A stretch of 64,000 bases of DNA from an uncultured Actinomyces sp. GTDB lineage: Bacteria > Actinomycetota > Actinomycetes > Actinomycetales > Actinomycetaceae. The notes beneath the pieces are model-generated. The model worked only from the letters and a program-made list of their open reading frames with translations, was not told the DNA's origin and did not search any database. A program made the position numbers and the translations under genes. The DNA is taken from positions 91,953 to 155,952 of the forward strand of contig URAS01000002.1 of the NCBI GenBank assembly GCA_900545825.1, read 5' to 3'. Numbering within the stretch: the first letter of the stretch is position 1; every line of letters starts with the position of its first letter. Positions 21,993-33,893 of this stretch are shown here, one piece after another.

Positions 21993-24597
21993 TCGCGGCT
22001 CCTTCCATCGTCGGGACCGGCTGCGCCAGGGGCAGGGTGACGACCATCGTCAATCCACCGCCCGGGGTGTCGTGCGCGTCGAGGCTGGCCCCCGACGCCT
22101 CGGCCAACCCGCGCGCCACCGCCAGGCCTAAGCCGAGGCCGCGGATCGTCTCGCGGTCGTTGAACCGCCGAAACGGCGTGTACATGTCGCGTTTTTGTGC
22201 GTCGGCGAGGCCCGGCCCGTAGTCGACGACCCGCAGCGTCACGCATTCGCGGTTCGCGGCGGCGTCGATGACGCACCGATCGCCCCCGTATTTTGCCACG
22301 TTGTCGACGAGGTTGGTGATGATCCGCTCGAGGAGGCCGGCCTCGGCCTGGACCCGCGGCAGGTCGGGCGGCAGTTTGACGGCCAGGCGGGCGGGTTTCG
22401 CCGAGGGCGGCAGGTGGCGCAGCGCCGACCCGACGACGTCGCCGAGGTCGACCGGCGCGGTCGTCACGTCGAGTTCCTCGGTCTGGATCCGGCCCATCTC
22501 GACGAGGTGCGAGATGATCCGCTCGAGGTTGTCCGCCGACGTCTCGATCGTCTCGAGCAGCTCGTCGTGCAGCTCCGGCGGCAGCTCGACGTCGGTCATC
22601 CGCAGGCTCGACACCGACGCCTTGATGCTGGCGAGCGGGGTCCGCAGGTCGTGCGAGACAGCGTTGAGGAGGGCGGTGCGCACCGAATTAGCGGCCTGGA
22701 GACGGCGGGCGCGCAGGGTGACGGCCTCGAGTTCGCGCTCGTTGAGCATCCGGAGGATCCGCCCGGCGTAGGCGTCGAGGATCTGGCCCTCCCCCAACGT
22801 CAGCGCCCGCCCGCGCAGCCAGAGGGCGTAGCCGCCGCCGATCGGAAGGACGCTCGTCGCCTCGGCGACCGACGCGATCGGGTCGCCGACGTACTCGTCC
22901 GGCTGCCAGGACCCGCCGGCGCCCTCGTCGCCGGTTCCCGCGGCGGGGACCCAGCGGGCGAGGGCGACGCTCGTCTGGCCGAACGTGTGCGAAATCTGGG
23001 TGAGCAGCGCGTCGACGTTGAGGCCCTCGCGGATGACCGTGCCGGCAAGCTCCGACAGCAACAGGGCCTGGCGTTTCGCCCTCCGGGCGTCCTCGGCGCG
23101 CGTCGCCGCCTGGTCGACGAGCATGGCGACCGCCGCGGCGACGACAACGAAAAGGGCGAACGCGACGATCGTCGCGGGGTGCGAAATCTGCAGGCTGTAG
23201 AAGGGCCGCGCAAAGAACCAGTTCGTCAACGCGACCGACAACACGGCCGTCGCCAGCGCCGGCCACAGGCCCCCGATGAGGGCGGCGAAGACGACGCCGG
23301 CGAAGTAGCCGACCGGGGCGAGCGAGAATTCGCTGGCCCCGAACCCCCACAGGCCGACGACGACCGTCGTGAGCAGCGACCACACCCCGCCGACGACGCA
23401 CGCGAGGACGCGCCGCTGCCACGTCATCGCACTGCGCCCTCGCCACCGGACACTGCGCCTGGCCTGGTCACGCTGCGACACGATACACACGTCGATGCTG
23501 CCGGCGCCCGCGATGACGCGCGACGACACACCCGGCCCAAACAGCCGCTCGCGCCACAGCGACCGCGACGCCCCGACGACGATCTGGGTCGCGTTGATCA
23601 TCGTCGCGAACCCGATGATCGCCTGGGGCACGTCGCCGCCGGTCACCGTGTGCCAGGTCCCGCCCAACGACTCGGTGAGCCGACGCAGCTCGGTGAGCCG
23701 GCTCTGGCTGATCCCCGTCAGGCCCGTGTCCGCGGCGACGTACACCGCGTGGAGCTCGCGCCCCTTCATCCGCCCCGCCATCCGCGCGGCACGCCGGATA
23801 AGGACCGGCGAGAAATCCGTCCCCTCGACGGCGACGACCAGGCGCTCGCGGGCGGGCAGGGTCTTGTCGATGTTCTCGTCGGCGCGGTATTTCTCCAGGC
23901 CCTCGTCGACCTTGTCGGCCATCCACAGCAGGGCCAGCTCGCGCAGGGCGATGAGGTTGCCGATCGAGAAATAGTTGGCCAGCGCCGCGTCGACCTGTTC
24001 GGGCCGGTAGATGAGGCCGTCGCGCAGCCTCACCTGGAGGGCGTCGGGGCCGAGGTCGACGAGCTCGACGTCGTCGGCCTCGCGGACCACCCAGTCGGGC
24101 ACGGTCTCGCGCTGCCGCTTCCCCGTGATGTCGAAGACGACATCGTTGAGGGATTCGAGGTGCTGGATGTTGAGCGTCGAGATGACGTCGATACCCGCGT
24201 CGAGGATCTGTTCGATGTCCTGCCACCGCTTGGTGTGGCGCGCCGCGTGGAGGGCGCCCTCGTTGCCCTCGGCGGATTGGGGCTGGTCGGAGTGGGTGAT
24301 CGTGTGGGCCAGCTCGTCGATGAGGACGATGTCGGGTTTGCGGGCGATGATCGCCTCGACGTTGACCTCGCGGATACGGCCGGTGCGATAGCGCACGACC
24401 TTCAGCGGCACGGTAGGCAGCCCCGCGGTGAGGGCGGCGGTCGCGGCGCGCTTGTGGGATTCGACGAGGCCGATCACCACGTCTTTGCCCTGCTCCTGGA
24501 GGTCGTGCGCCTCCAGCAGCATGGCGTACGTCTTGCCCACGCCGGGCGCCGCCCCAAAGAACACCTTGAGGCGGCCGCGGCGCGCCGCCGAACTCAT
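21970..24597 (-). CDS. kdpD: Sensor histidine kinase KdpD
   Basis: 875 aa with the N-terminal KdpD domain (GAAPGVGKTYAML), a USP-like region, four TM helices, the H-box SHDLRTPL and an HATPase domain. Confidence 0.92.
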   Translation of the reverse strand: MSSAARRGRLKVFFGAAPGVGKTYAMLLEAHDLQEQGKDVVIGLVESHKRAATAALTAGLPTVPLKVVRYRTGRIREVNVEAIIARKPDIVLIDELAHTITHSDQPQSAEGNEGALHAARHTKRWQDIEQILDAGIDVISTLNIQHLESLNDVVFDITGKRQRETVPDWVVREADDVELVDLGPDALQVRLRDGLIYRPEQVDAALANYFSIGNLIALRELALLWMADKVDEGLEKYRADENIDKTLPARERLVVAVEGTDFSPVLIRRAARMAGRMKGRELHAVYVAADTGLTGISQSRLTELRRLTESLGGTWHTVTGGDVPQAIIGFATMINATQIVVGASRSLWRERLFGPGVSSRVIAGAGSIDVCIVSQRDQARRSVRWRGRSAMTWQRRVLACVVGGVWSLLTTVVVGLWGFGASEFSLAPVGYFAGVVFAALIGGLWPALATAVLSVALTNWFFARPFYSLQISHPATIVAFALFVVVAAAVAMLVDQAATRAEDARRAKRQALLLSELAGTVIREGLNVDALLTQISHTFGQTSVALARWVPAAGTGDEGAGGSWQPDEYVGDPIASVAEATSVLPIGGGYALWLRGRALTLGEGQILDAYAGRILRMLNERELEAVTLRARRLQAANSVRTALLNAVSHDLRTPLASIKASVSSLRMTDVELPPELHDELLETIETSADNLERIISHLVEMGRIQTEELDVTTAPVDLGDVVGSALRHLPPSAKPARLAVKLPPDLPRVQAEAGLLERIITNLVDNVAKYGGDRCVIDAAANRECVTLRVVDYGPGLADAQKRDMYTPFRRFNDRETIRGLGLGLAVARGLAEASGASLDAHDTPGGGLTMVVTLPLAQPVPTMEGAANDDRAHR

Positions 24598-25199
24598 CGA
24601 GCCTCTCCCCTGCCTTCCCGCATCGCCACCAGATCCGCATTCAACGCCACCACATTAACCCGGGGCATCCCGACGACCCCGAGGGCGGGGGCCTGCGTGT
24701 CACGCTTCACGAGGGCGGCGACCAGGGCACGGTCGAGGTGGTTGGCCCGCGCCACACGTGTGACCTGGGCGTTCGCGGTGGCCGGCGTGATGTCGGGGTC
24801 GATGCCCGAGGCCGATGCCGTGACGGCGTCCGCGCCGACGGCGCCCTCGGGCACCCCATCGGCGGCGGCGAATGCCGCGCGGCGACGACGGACGTCCTCG
24901 CGCCACGCCGGGTCCCCGGGGACCCGATTGCTGGGGCCCGTACCGACGAACCGGTAGCCCGTGGCCGAGGGGCGTCCGTGGAACAGCGTGGGATCGGCCG
25001 AGAAATCCTGCCCGACCAGCGCGGATCCGACCTCGCGGCCGTCGGATGCGATGGCGCGGCCGGTCGCGTGGCCGGGAACTGCCGCCGCCGCGGCGCCGAC
25101 GAGGAGCGGATAGCCGATGCCCGCGACCAGGGTCAGCCCGACGAGGGCGACCAGGCCGGTCACGCAGTAGCGGGCGAAAAGACGAAAAACACCTCGCAT
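24594..25199 (-). CDS. kdpC: K+-transporting ATPase subunit KdpC
   Basis: Internal ATG after AAAGGAGGA. 201 aa starting MRGVFRLFARYCVTGLVALVGL. Confidence 0.85.
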   Translation of the reverse strand: MRGVFRLFARYCVTGLVALVGLTLVAGIGYPLLVGAAAAAVPGHATGRAIASDGREVGSALVGQDFSADPTLFHGRPSATGYRFVGTGPSNRVPGDPAWREDVRRRRAAFAAADGVPEGAVGADAVTASASGIDPDITPATANAQVTRVARANHLDRALVAALVKRDTQAPALGVVGMPRVNVVALNADLVAMREGRGEAR

Positions 25200-25210
25200 G
25201 ACGTCCTCCT

Positions 25211-27241
25211 TTACGACAACGCCGGAATCAGCGTGAGGATGAGATCGATGATTTTGATGCCGACGAACGGCGCGATGAGGCCGCCCAGCCCGTAGATCGC
25301 CAGGTTGCGCCCCAGCAGCTGCTGCGCCCCGCCCGCGCGGTAGGCGACGCCGCGCAGCGCCAGCGGGATGAGGGCGACGATGATGAGGGCGTTGAAGATG
25401 ATCGCCGACAGGATCGCCGAGGACGGGCTGTGGAGGTGCATGATGTTGAGCGCCCGCAGCGCGGGAATCGACGTCATAAACATCGCGGGGATGATCGCGA
25501 AGTACTTGGCGACGTCGTTGGCGATCGAGAACGTCGTCAGCGCCCCGCGGGTGATGAGCAGCTGTTTGCCGATGTGGACGATGTCGATGAGTTTCGTCGG
25601 GTCGGAGTCGAGGTCGATCATGTTGGCGGCCTCTTTCGCCGCCGACGTCCCCGTGTTCATCGCGACACCGACGTCGGCCTGGGCGAGGGCGGGCGCGTCG
25701 TTCGTCCCGTCGCCGGTCATGGCGACCAGCCGGCCGGCCTCCTGTTCGCGCCGGATGAGGGCGAGCTTGTCCTCGGGTTTCGCCTCGGCGAGAAAGTCGT
25801 CGACGCCCGCCTCCGCCGCGATCGCGCGGGCGGTCAGCTGATTGTCGCCGGTGATCATCACCGTGCGGATCCCCATGGCCCGCAGCTGCTCGAAACGCTC
25901 GGCGATGCCCTCCTTGACGATGTCTTTGAGCGCAATGACACCGAGCAGGGACATGTCCTCGCCCCGGCAGTCGGCGACGATGAGGGCGGTGCCGCCCGCC
26001 GAGGCGATCCGGTCGGCCTCGCCCTCGGCCTCGGCGGCGACGGCCGCCCTTCCGCCGGCGGCCGCGAACCGGGCGAGGATCTCTGACGCCGCGCCCTTGA
26101 CGATGCGGTGGCCGTCGCCGAAGTCGATGCCCGACGCCCTCGTGGCCGCCGAGAACGGCATGAAGGTCGCCATCGCGTAGTCCTTTTCGTCGATCGCGGC
26201 GAGGCCGGTCTTTTCGGCGAGGGCGACGATCGAGCGACCCTCGGGCGTCGTGTCCGCGAAGGACGCCAGCTGGGCGGCGTGCGCGAGCTCGCCCTCGGTA
26301 ACGCCGCTGACCGGGCAAAACTCGGTGGCCTGGCGGTCGCCGATCGTGATCGTCCCCGTCTTGTCGAGCAGCAGGGTGTCGACGTCGCCGGCCGCCTCGA
26401 CCGCGCGCCCCGACATCGCGAGGACGTTGTGGGTGACCAGCCGGTCCATGCCGGCGATCCCGATCGCCGACAACAGGGCGCCGATCGTCGTCGGCACCAG
26501 GCAGACCAGCAGGGCGACGAGGACGCTGAGGCTCTGGCCGGCGTGGGCGAAGCGCGCCGCGGGCGCGAGGGTGGCGACGACGAACAGGAAAATGAGGGTG
26601 AGGACGGCGAGGAAGATCGTCAGGGCGATCTCGTTCGGCGTCTTCGCGCGGGCGGCGCCCTCGACGAGGCCGATCATCCGGTCGATGAAGGTCTCGCCCG
26701 GCTTCGACATGACGCGGACGTCGATGGTGTCGGACAGCACGGTCGTGCCGCCCGTGACGGCGCAGCGGTCGCCGCCCGATTCGCGGATGACGGGCGCGGA
26801 CTCGCCGGTGACGGCGGACTCGTCGACGGTCGCGGCGCCGGCGATGACGTCGCCGTCGGCGGGGATGACCTCGCCCGCGCGGACCACGACGACGTCGCCG
26901 AGGGCGAGGTCGGAGGCGCTAACGTCCTCGATGCCGTTCTCGGTCTTGCGGTGGGCGATCGTCGAGACGCGGGTGGCGCGCAGCGATTCGGCCTGGGCCC
27001 GCCCGCGGGCCTCGGCCAGCGCCTCGGCCATGTTGCCGAAGATCACCGTGAGGAACAGCCACACGGTCAGCGAAATCGTCAGCGCACCAGGGTGCATGAT
27101 CGCCGAGACGAGGGTGACGAGGGTGCCGACAAAGACGATGAACATGACGGGCGTGTGGATGAGGAGGCGCGGATCGAGCTTGACCAGCGCCTCCTTCAGC
27201 GCGCCCCGCCACTTGTCGCTCGAGCGGGTCAGTGCAGTCAT
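25211..27241 (-). CDS. kdpB: K+-transporting P-type ATPase subunit KdpB
   Basis: Contains DKTGTIT (phosphorylation site) and TGDN. The ATG overlaps the kdpA stop codon as ATGA. Confidence 0.92.
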   Translation of the reverse strand: MTALTRSSDKWRGALKEALVKLDPRLLIHTPVMFIVFVGTLVTLVSAIMHPGALTISLTVWLFLTVIFGNMAEALAEARGRAQAESLRATRVSTIAHRKTENGIEDVSASDLALGDVVVVRAGEVIPADGDVIAGAATVDESAVTGESAPVIRESGGDRCAVTGGTTVLSDTIDVRVMSKPGETFIDRMIGLVEGAARAKTPNEIALTIFLAVLTLIFLFVVATLAPAARFAHAGQSLSVLVALLVCLVPTTIGALLSAIGIAGMDRLVTHNVLAMSGRAVEAAGDVDTLLLDKTGTITIGDRQATEFCPVSGVTEGELAHAAQLASFADTTPEGRSIVALAEKTGLAAIDEKDYAMATFMPFSAATRASGIDFGDGHRIVKGAASEILARFAAAGGRAAVAAEAEGEADRIASAGGTALIVADCRGEDMSLLGVIALKDIVKEGIAERFEQLRAMGIRTVMITGDNQLTARAIAAEAGVDDFLAEAKPEDKLALIRREQEAGRLVAMTGDGTNDAPALAQADVGVAMNTGTSAAKEAANMIDLDSDPTKLIDIVHIGKQLLITRGALTTFSIANDVAKYFAIIPAMFMTSIPALRALNIMHLHSPSSAILSAIIFNALIIVALIPLALRGVAYRAGGAQQLLGRNLAIYGLGGLIAPFVGIKIIDLILTLIPALS

Positions 27242-28902
27242 GACAGTCCTTCCACAACCGGTCCCAGCGCGAGGGCGGGGACGAATGTCAGTCCGGCGAT
27301 GAGGACGGCCACGCCCACCATGACGCCGATAAAGAGGGGACGATGCGTCGGCAGGGTCCCCGCGCTTTCGCTGGCGCGCCCCGCGGTGGCCAGGCGCCCC
27401 GCGAGGGCCAGGACGAAGCAGATGGGGATGAAGCGGCCGCACACCATGGCGAGGCTCGTCGCCACGGCGATCGGCGGGACCTGTGCGTGAAGGCCGCCCA
27501 TGGCCGACCCGTTGTTGTTGCCGGCCGACGCGAAGGCGTAGAGCAGCTCGGAGAAGCCGCCGGCGCCCGGCGCGCTCATCGCCGCCCGCGCCTGGGAGAT
27601 CCCCAGGCACACGGCGGTTCCCACGAGGACGAGGATCGGCGTGATCAGCGTATAGAGGCTGATCAGCGTCATTTCGCGCGGCCCGATCCGTTTGCCCAGG
27701 TATTCGGGGGTGCGCCCGACCATGAGGCCGGCGAGGAACACGGCGATCATCGCGACGATGAGGATGCCGTAGAGGCCGGAGCCGACGCCGCCGGGGGCGA
27801 CCTCGCCGATGAGCATGTTGAGCATGAGGAGGGCGCGCGCTCCCCCGCTGAAGCTCGCGTGCGCCGAGTCGACGGCGCCGGTCGAGGTCAGCGTCGTCGC
27901 CGAGGCAAACAGCGCCGACGGGATGACGCCGAAGCGCACCTCCTTACCCTCCATCATCGCGCCGTTAGTGGCGAAGACGCCGGCGCGCGCGTGCCATTCG
28001 AGCGCCATCGTCGCCGCGGTAGAAGCCACGGCGAGGACGCCCATCGCGGCGAGGATCGCCCAGCCCTGGCGCTTTTGCCCGACCATGATCCCGAATGTCC
28101 TGGGCAGCGCCGTGGGGATGAGGAGGATGAGGATGATCTCGACAAGGTTGGTCCACGCCGTCGGGTTCTCGAACGGGTGCGCCGAGTTCGCACCGAAGTA
28201 CCCGCCACCGTTCGTGCCGAGTTCCTTGATCGCTTCCTGCGAGGCGACGGGCCCGGTGACGAGGGTCTGGTGCGCGCCGGTCAGCGTCGTCACCGTGTGG
28301 GCGCCGGCGAACGAATCGACGACGCCCAGGCAGACGAGGACGAGGGCGGCGACGACCGACAGCGGCAGGAGGATGCGGCCGATCGCCCTCGTGAGGTCGA
28401 CCCAGAAGTTGCCCAGCCCGGGGTGGTGGTCGCGGGTCAGCCCGCGGATGAGGGCGATCGCGACGCACAGCCCGACGGCGGCCGACGCGAAGTTCTGGAC
28501 GGCGATCCCGCCCATCTGCGCGGCGAAGCCCAGGACTTTCTCGCCGGAGTAGGCCTGCCAGTTCGTGTTGGTGACGAACGAGATCGCCGTGTTCGCCGCG
28601 AGCAGCGGGTTCATCGTCGCGCGTCCGCCCCATGGGGCCGGCAGTAGCGACTGCACCCTGACGATGACGTAGAGGACGACGACGCTGACGAACGAAAACG
28701 CGAGGACGGACAGGTAGTAGGTCATCCACCGCTGTTCGGCGTCGGGGTCGACGCCGAGCATCCGGTAGACGCCCCGTTCGACGCGCGTGTGCGCGGGGCT
28801 CGTCATCACGCGCGCGATATACGCGCCCATGGGGCGGTGCGCGAGGCCGAGGACGGCGACGACGAGGACGACCTGGGTGAGGCCGGCAGCGAGGGGGCTC
28901 AC
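27238..28902 (-). CDS. kdpA: K+-transporting ATPase subunit KdpA
   Basis: GTG at 28902 after GGAGGA. 554 aa, polytopic. Starts [32 protein letters not shown]. Confidence 0.9.
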   Translation of the reverse strand: MSPLAAGLTQVVLVVAVLGLAHRPMGAYIARVMTSPAHTRVERGVYRMLGVDPDAEQRWMTYYLSVLAFSFVSVVVLYVIVRVQSLLPAPWGGRATMNPLLAANTAISFVTNTNWQAYSGEKVLGFAAQMGGIAVQNFASAAVGLCVAIALIRGLTRDHHPGLGNFWVDLTRAIGRILLPLSVVAALVLVCLGVVDSFAGAHTVTTLTGAHQTLVTGPVASQEAIKELGTNGGGYFGANSAHPFENPTAWTNLVEIILILLIPTALPRTFGIMVGQKRQGWAILAAMGVLAVASTAATMALEWHARAGVFATNGAMMEGKEVRFGVIPSALFASATTLTSTGAVDSAHASFSGGARALLMLNMLIGEVAPGGVGSGLYGILIVAMIAVFLAGLMVGRTPEYLGKRIGPREMTLISLYTLITPILVLVGTAVCLGISQARAAMSAPGAGGFSELLYAFASAGNNNGSAMGGLHAQVPPIAVATSLAMVCGRFIPICFVLALAGRLATAGRASESAGTLPTHRPLFIGVMVGVAVLIAGLTFVPALALGPVVEGLS

Positions 28903-28991
28903 GAGAAATCCTCCGGCTTGATCAGGACATACACCATGTAGGCGATGGCGGCGGTAACGAGGACGAGGCCGATGATGGACGAGGCGCTCAC
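28899..28991 (-). CDS. kdpF: KdpF (30 aa)
   Basis: [30 protein letters not shown]. The GTG start overlaps the upstream peptide's stop codon and the stop overlaps the kdpA GTG (two GTGA overlaps). It ends in the KdpF-like PE.F motif. Confidence 0.7.
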   Translation of the reverse strand: MSASSIIGLVLVTAAIAYMVYVLIKPEDFS

Positions 28992-29071
28992 AGGTGATCG
29001 ACCCCCCATCCCAACGCGGCAAGGCCTGCAAAAATAACGGTCACTCCAACAATGGCGAAGACGTCGGCCAT
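28988..29071 (-). CDS. Second small hydrophobic peptide (27 aa, KdpF-like) at the head of the kdp operon
   Basis: MADVFAIVGVTVIFAGLAALGWGVDHL, preceded by a strong RBS (GAAGGGAG plus a 7-nt spacer) and translationally coupled to kdpF. Confidence 0.45.
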   Translation of the reverse strand: MADVFAIVGVTVIFAGLAALGWGVDHL

Positions 29072-29515
29072 CGATAGGCTCCCTTCACTGGTTTAGGGCT
29101 CGGTTGAGCTCCGGGCACCCAGTGAACTCGCCTTCAGCCGTACCTCCGCACCGTCTTAACGCCGCCTTTACGCCTGGCGCGCGATTCTTAACGCCACCTT
29201 GATCCGTCCGTTAGCCACGCCACGTTCCGGCAGGTCCCAGGGACTTCCCCGACGCTCCCCAGGCATACGACGAGGGGCCCGAGTCGTCCTCGCGCCCCTC
29301 TCCCCTGCGTCGCGCCTCCTAGTGGCTGGCGCCGCCGTGAATATACGGTGATGCGCCGGCAATCCCCGTGCACTAAACCGTAGGAAGGCTGGGGGACCAC
29401 GCCCCCGACGCGTGGCCGGCCACCGACACGACGACCGTCGCCAGCGTGACGATCCGCGCCCTCGCGGCCCCGATAACGTTTCTCCCTAGCCTACGTCGCC
29501 CGAGGTGAGGGCGAA
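29072..29515 (-). promoter_or_regulatory. ~440-nt kdp operon leader/promoter region. It holds an AT-rich island (CACCGTATATTCAC on the transcribed strand, a possible -10 or KdpE box) and ACGGGGA-containing segments
   Basis: Non-coding in all six frames once GC-artifact ORFs are removed. Confidence 0.4.
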
Positions 29516-29564
29516 TAAGCACAAAAACCCGTGGGGGCCCAGGCTCAGCCTGGACCCCCACGGG
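29516..29564 (-). terminator. Rho-independent terminator after rpsQ (end of the S10 operon segment)
   Basis: A 15-bp stem (CCGTGGGGGTCCAGG / CCTGGGCCCCCACGG with one mismatch) and loop, followed on the minus strand by UUUUUGUGCUUAUU. Confidence 0.7.
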
Positions 29565-29587
29565 AATGCTTCGATCAGCGAGGAAGA

Positions 29588-29854
29588 CTACTTAGCCTTC
29601 TCGACGATCTCCATGACACGCCACCGCTTGGTCTTCGACAGCGGACGGGTCTCCATGATGCGAACGAGGTCGCCGACGCCACACTCGTTGTTCTCGTCAT
29701 GGGCCTTGACGCGCTTGTTGCGGCGCATGACCTTGCCGTACAGGGCGTGCTTGACGTGATCCTCAAGCTCGACCGTGACGGTCTTGTCCATCTTGTCGCT
29801 CACGACGTAGCCGCGGCGAACCTTGCGGTGATTACGTTCAGTCGTCTCCGCCAT
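29588..29854 (-). CDS. rpsQ: 30S ribosomal protein S17
   Basis: ...[32 protein letters not shown]... Confidence 0.92.
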   Translation of the reverse strand: MAETTERNHRKVRRGYVVSDKMDKTVTVELEDHVKHALYGKVMRRNKRVKAHDENNECGVGDLVRIMETRPLSKTKRWRVMEIVEKAK

Positions 29855-29856
29855 GA

Positions 29857-30090
29857 TTACTCCTTCGGCTCCGGCGCGGTGCGAATGCCCAGCTCGCGCT
29901 CGTGAGCAATCGTGTAGATGCGCGCAATGTCGCGACGCAGGGTCGCCATGCGGCCACGATCTTCACCAGCGCCAGTCGCCAGGGCGAAACGCAGATTGAA
30001 CAGCTCGGTCTTGGCCTTCTCGAGCTCCTGGCGGAGCTGCTCGTCGTCCATGACGTCGAGCTGGGCCGTGGTCAGTCCCTTTTCAGCCAC
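29857..30090 (-). CDS. rpmC: 50S ribosomal protein L29
   Basis: ...[25 protein letters not shown]... Confidence 0.9.
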   Translation of the reverse strand: MAEKGLTTAQLDVMDDEQLRQELEKAKTELFNLRFALATGAGEDRGRMATLRRDIARIYTIAHERELGIRTAPEPKE

Positions 30091-30509
30091 TACTGGTCAC
30101 CACCTTCACGGCTCACGAAACGAGTCTTCATCGGCAGCTTGTACTGCGCGCGACGCATGGCCTCGCGGGCGACGTTCTCGGGAACGCCGGCCAGCTCGAA
30201 CATGATGCGGCCCGGCTTGACGGGGGCAACCCACCATTCCGGCGAGCCCTTACCGGAACCCATGCGGGTTTCGGCCGGCTTCTTGGTCAGCGGGCGGTCC
30301 GGGAAGATGTTGATCCAGACCTTACCGCCACGCTTGATGTAGCGGGTCATCGCGATACGAGCGGCCTCGATCTGACGGTTCGTGACGTAGGCGTGCTCGA
30401 GAGCCTGAATGCCGTAGTCGCCGAACGAGATCTCGGTGCCGCCCTTGGCCATGCCCTTGCGGCCGGGACGGTGCTGCTTGCGGAACTTAGTCCTACGAGG
30501 GATGAGCAT
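30090..30509 (-). CDS. rplP: 50S ribosomal protein L16
   Basis: [24 protein letters not shown]... Confidence 0.93.
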   Translation of the reverse strand: MLIPRRTKFRKQHRPGRKGMAKGGTEISFGDYGIQALEHAYVTNRQIEAARIAMTRYIKRGGKVWINIFPDRPLTKKPAETRMGSGKGSPEWWVAPVKPGRIMFELAGVPENVAREAMRRAQYKLPMKTRFVSREGGDQ

Positions 30510-30512
30510 GTC

Positions 30513-31376
30513 TCACTCCTCCGATCCGGTGTTCTCGGCTGCGGGGGCCTCGGCCGGAGCCTCAGCCTGGGCAGCCTGGTTCTCGGCGTCGCCCGAGGGC
30601 GCACCCTGGCGGTTACCGCCGCGGTTACCACCGCGACGCTGGTCGCCACCGCGGCCGCGACCGCGGCCCCGACGCTCACCACCGCGGCCACCGCGGCCGC
30701 GCTGAGCGGTCTCGGCGAGCTGGCGGTTGAACTCCGACTCGGTGACGTCACCCTTGTAGATCCACACCTTGACGCCGATGCGGCCATACGTCGTGCGGGC
30801 CTCGTAGAACCCGTAGTCGATGTACGCACGCAGCGTGTGCAGGGGCACGCGGCCCTCGCGGTAGAACTCCGAACGCGACATTTCGGCGCCGCCGAGGCGG
30901 CCCGAGCACTGGACGCGGATACCGTTCGCGCCGGCGCCAAGCGCCGACTGGATCCCGCGCCGCATCGCGCGACGGAACGACACGCGGGCAGCGAGCTGCT
31001 CGGCGATGCCCTGGGCAACCAGCTGGGCGTCGATCTCGGGGCGCTTGACCTCGAGGATGTTCAGCTGAACCTGCTTGCCCGTGAGCTTCTCGAGCTTCGC
31101 GCGGAGCTTGTCGGCCTCGGTGCCGCGGCGACCGATCACGATGCCCGGGCGGGCGGTGTGGAGGTCGACGCGGACCCGGTCGCGGGTGCGCTCGATGTCA
31201 ATCTTCGAAATACCGGCGCGCTCCAGCTGGTCTTCCATCATGTTGCGGATCTTGACGTCTTCCGCAACGAAATCGGAGTACCGCTGACCCTTCTTCGTCG
31301 AATCAGCAAACCAACGAGAACGGTGGTCGGTGGTAATACCCAGCCGGAACCCGGTGGGGCTAACCTTTTGTCCCAT
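30513..31376 (-). CDS. rpsC: 30S ribosomal protein S3 with an RG-rich C-terminal tail
   Basis: [24 protein letters not shown]... KH domain. Confidence 0.93.
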   Translation of the reverse strand: MGQKVSPTGFRLGITTDHRSRWFADSTKKGQRYSDFVAEDVKIRNMMEDQLERAGISKIDIERTRDRVRVDLHTARPGIVIGRRGTEADKLRAKLEKLTGKQVQLNILEVKRPEIDAQLVAQGIAEQLAARVSFRRAMRRGIQSALGAGANGIRVQCSGRLGGAEMSRSEFYREGRVPLHTLRAYIDYGFYEARTTYGRIGVKVWIYKGDVTESEFNRQLAETAQRGRGGRGGERRGRGRGRGGDQRRGGNRGGNRQGAPSGDAENQAAQAEAPAEAPAAENTGSEE

Positions 31377-31744
31377 TACTCGTTCCCTTCTTCGTGGTCA
31401 TCGGTCGCGACGACGATCGTCACGTGGCTGGTGCGCTTGAGGATGCGGCCGGCGCGCCCCTGGGCGCGCGGACGGAACCGCTTCATCGTCGGACCCTCGT
31501 CAACGTAGGCGGCCTTGATGACCAGATCCTTCGCGTCAACCGAACCGCCGTCGCGGGCGGCCAGATCCTTCGCATTCGCCATTGCCGACTGCAGAACCTT
31601 ACGAACGTCCACGGCGACCCGCTGGGGGGCGAAACGCAGGATGTCGTAGGCCTCGAGAGCACGCTTGCCGCGAATCTCGTTCACGACACGGCGCGTCTTC
31701 TGCGGCGTGGAGCGCACATAGCGCGCTTGCGCCTTGGCTTCCAT
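31376..31744 (-). CDS. rplV: 50S ribosomal protein L22
   Basis: ATG after GAGG giving [26 protein letters not shown]. Confidence 0.9.
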   Translation of the reverse strand: MEAKAQARYVRSTPQKTRRVVNEIRGKRALEAYDILRFAPQRVAVDVRKVLQSAMANAKDLAARDGGSVDAKDLVIKAAYVDEGPTMKRFRPRAQGRAGRILKRTSHVTIVVATDDHEEGNE

Positions 31745-31778
31745 CTTTTGCCTCACTTCTTCCAGATACGGGCCACCG

Positions 31779-32060
31779 TCAGCGACGGCGGGCCTTGCGG
31801 TCGTCCTTGTCGTGGCCGCGGTAGGTACGCGTGGGAGCGAACTCGCCGAGCTTGTGGCCGATCATGTTCTCCGTGATGTAGACCGGAACGTGCTTACGGC
31901 CATCGTGCACCGCGATGGTGTGGCCGATGAAGTCCGGCGTGATCATGGAGCGACGCGACCACGTCTTGATAACGCTCTTCTTGTTGGCGTCGTTGAGCGC
32001 ATCCACCTTCTTCATCAGGTGGTCGTCAACGAACGGGCCCTTCTTCAGGCTACGTGGCAT
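31779..32060 (-). CDS. rpsS: 30S ribosomal protein S19
   Basis: [20 protein letters not shown]... Confidence 0.93.
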   Translation of the reverse strand: MPRSLKKGPFVDDHLMKKVDALNDANKKSVIKTWSRRSMITPDFIGHTIAVHDGRKHVPVYITENMIGHKLGEFAPTRTYRGHDKDDRKARRR

Positions 32061-32075
32061 TGCTCAATCCCCCTA

Positions 32076-32912
<837 letters not shown>

Positions 32913-32927
32913 TGTTCACTCCACCCC

Positions 32928-33233
32928 TTAGGCGACCGTCTCGCCGAAAATGTCGATGGTGCCTTCGCGAAGCGAGACGATGGCGCGCTTGGTGTCCTTG
33001 CGCTTGCCGTAGCCCGTGCGGGTACGGACGCGCTTGCCCTGGCGGTTGATCGTGTTGATCTTGTCGACCTTGACGTCGAAGATCGCCTCGATGGCCACGC
33101 GGATCTCGGTCTTGTTCGCGTCGGGAGCAACCTCGAACGTGTACTTACCGTTGTCAATGAGGCCGTACGCCTTTTCCGACACGATGGGCCGGATGATGAC
33201 GTCACGCGGGTTCTTGGATTTTTCCAGGCTCAT
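32928..33233 (-). CDS. rplW: 50S ribosomal protein L23
   Basis: ...[11 protein letters not shown]... Confidence 0.9.
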   Translation of the reverse strand: MSLEKSKNPRDVIIRPIVSEKAYGLIDNGKYTFEVAPDANKTEIRVAIEAIFDVKVDKINTINRQGKRVRTRTGYGKRKDTKRAIVSLREGTIDIFGETVA

Positions 33234-33236
33234 GCT

Positions 33237-33893
33237 TTACGCCTCCTCTTCGGACTTGCGGCCGCGGCCCAGGAAGTCGTCAAGACCCGTCTTGGTGAAC
33301 ACGACGTCTTCAGCGTTCAGAACGTCGTACGTGTTCAGCTGGTCGGCGAACAGCAGGTGAACCTGCGGGAGGTTACGCACCGACAGGCCCTGAATCTGAT
33401 CATCGGTCCGGCCGAGGACGACGAGGACCTTGCGCTGGTCGGCGACACGCTCGAGCGCGACGCGGCCGGCCTTGGTCGACGGCTTCTCGCCACCGATGAA
33501 CGCGGTCACCGCGTGGATGCGGCCGTTGCGGGCGCGATCCGACAGGGCGCTGCGCAGCGCGGCAGCCTTCATCTTCTTGGGGGTCCGCTGCGAGTAGTCG
33601 CGGGGCTTGGGGCCGTGGACAACGCCACCGCCACGCCACTGCGGCGCACGGATCGAGCCCTGGCGGGCGCGACCGGTGCCCTTCTGGCGCCACGGCTTGC
33701 GGCCACCGCCGCGAACCTCGCCACGGGTCTTCGTCGAGTGCGTGCCCTGGCGGGCAGCCGCGAGCTGCGCGACGACGACCTGGTGCATCAGCGGAATGTT
33801 GAGCTCGACGTCGAAAATCTCGGCGGGCAGGTCAACCGACTCGGTGACGTTGCCGTCGACGTCCAACACGTCAATGTTCAGGCTCATGATCAC
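33237..33893 (-). CDS. rplD: 50S ribosomal protein L4
   Basis: ...[29 protein letters not shown]... Start at the GTG at 33893 or the ATG at 33887. Confidence 0.9.
   Translation of the reverse strand: MIMSLNIDVLDVDGNVTESVDLPAEIFDVELNIPLMHQVVVAQLAAARQGTHSTKTRGEVRGGGRKPWRQKGTGRARQGSIRAPQWRGGGVVHGPKPRDYSQRTPKKMKAAALRSALSDRARNGRIHAVTAFIGGEKPSTKAGRVALERVADQRKVLVVLGRTDDQIQGLSVRNLPQVHLLFADQLNTYDVLNAEDVVFTKTGLDDFLGRGRKSEEEA

Noticed and set aside
24594-26318. 574-aa ORF upstream of kdpC
   Set aside because: Only the last 201 aa form KdpC (ATG at 25199 with a strong RBS). The remainder is an Arg-rich artifact overlapping kdpB.
29168-29561. Three 60-70 aa minus-strand ORFs inside the kdp leader
   Set aside because: They are Arg/Pro/Gly-rich with no RBS and overlap the rpsQ terminator, so they are treated as non-coding leader.
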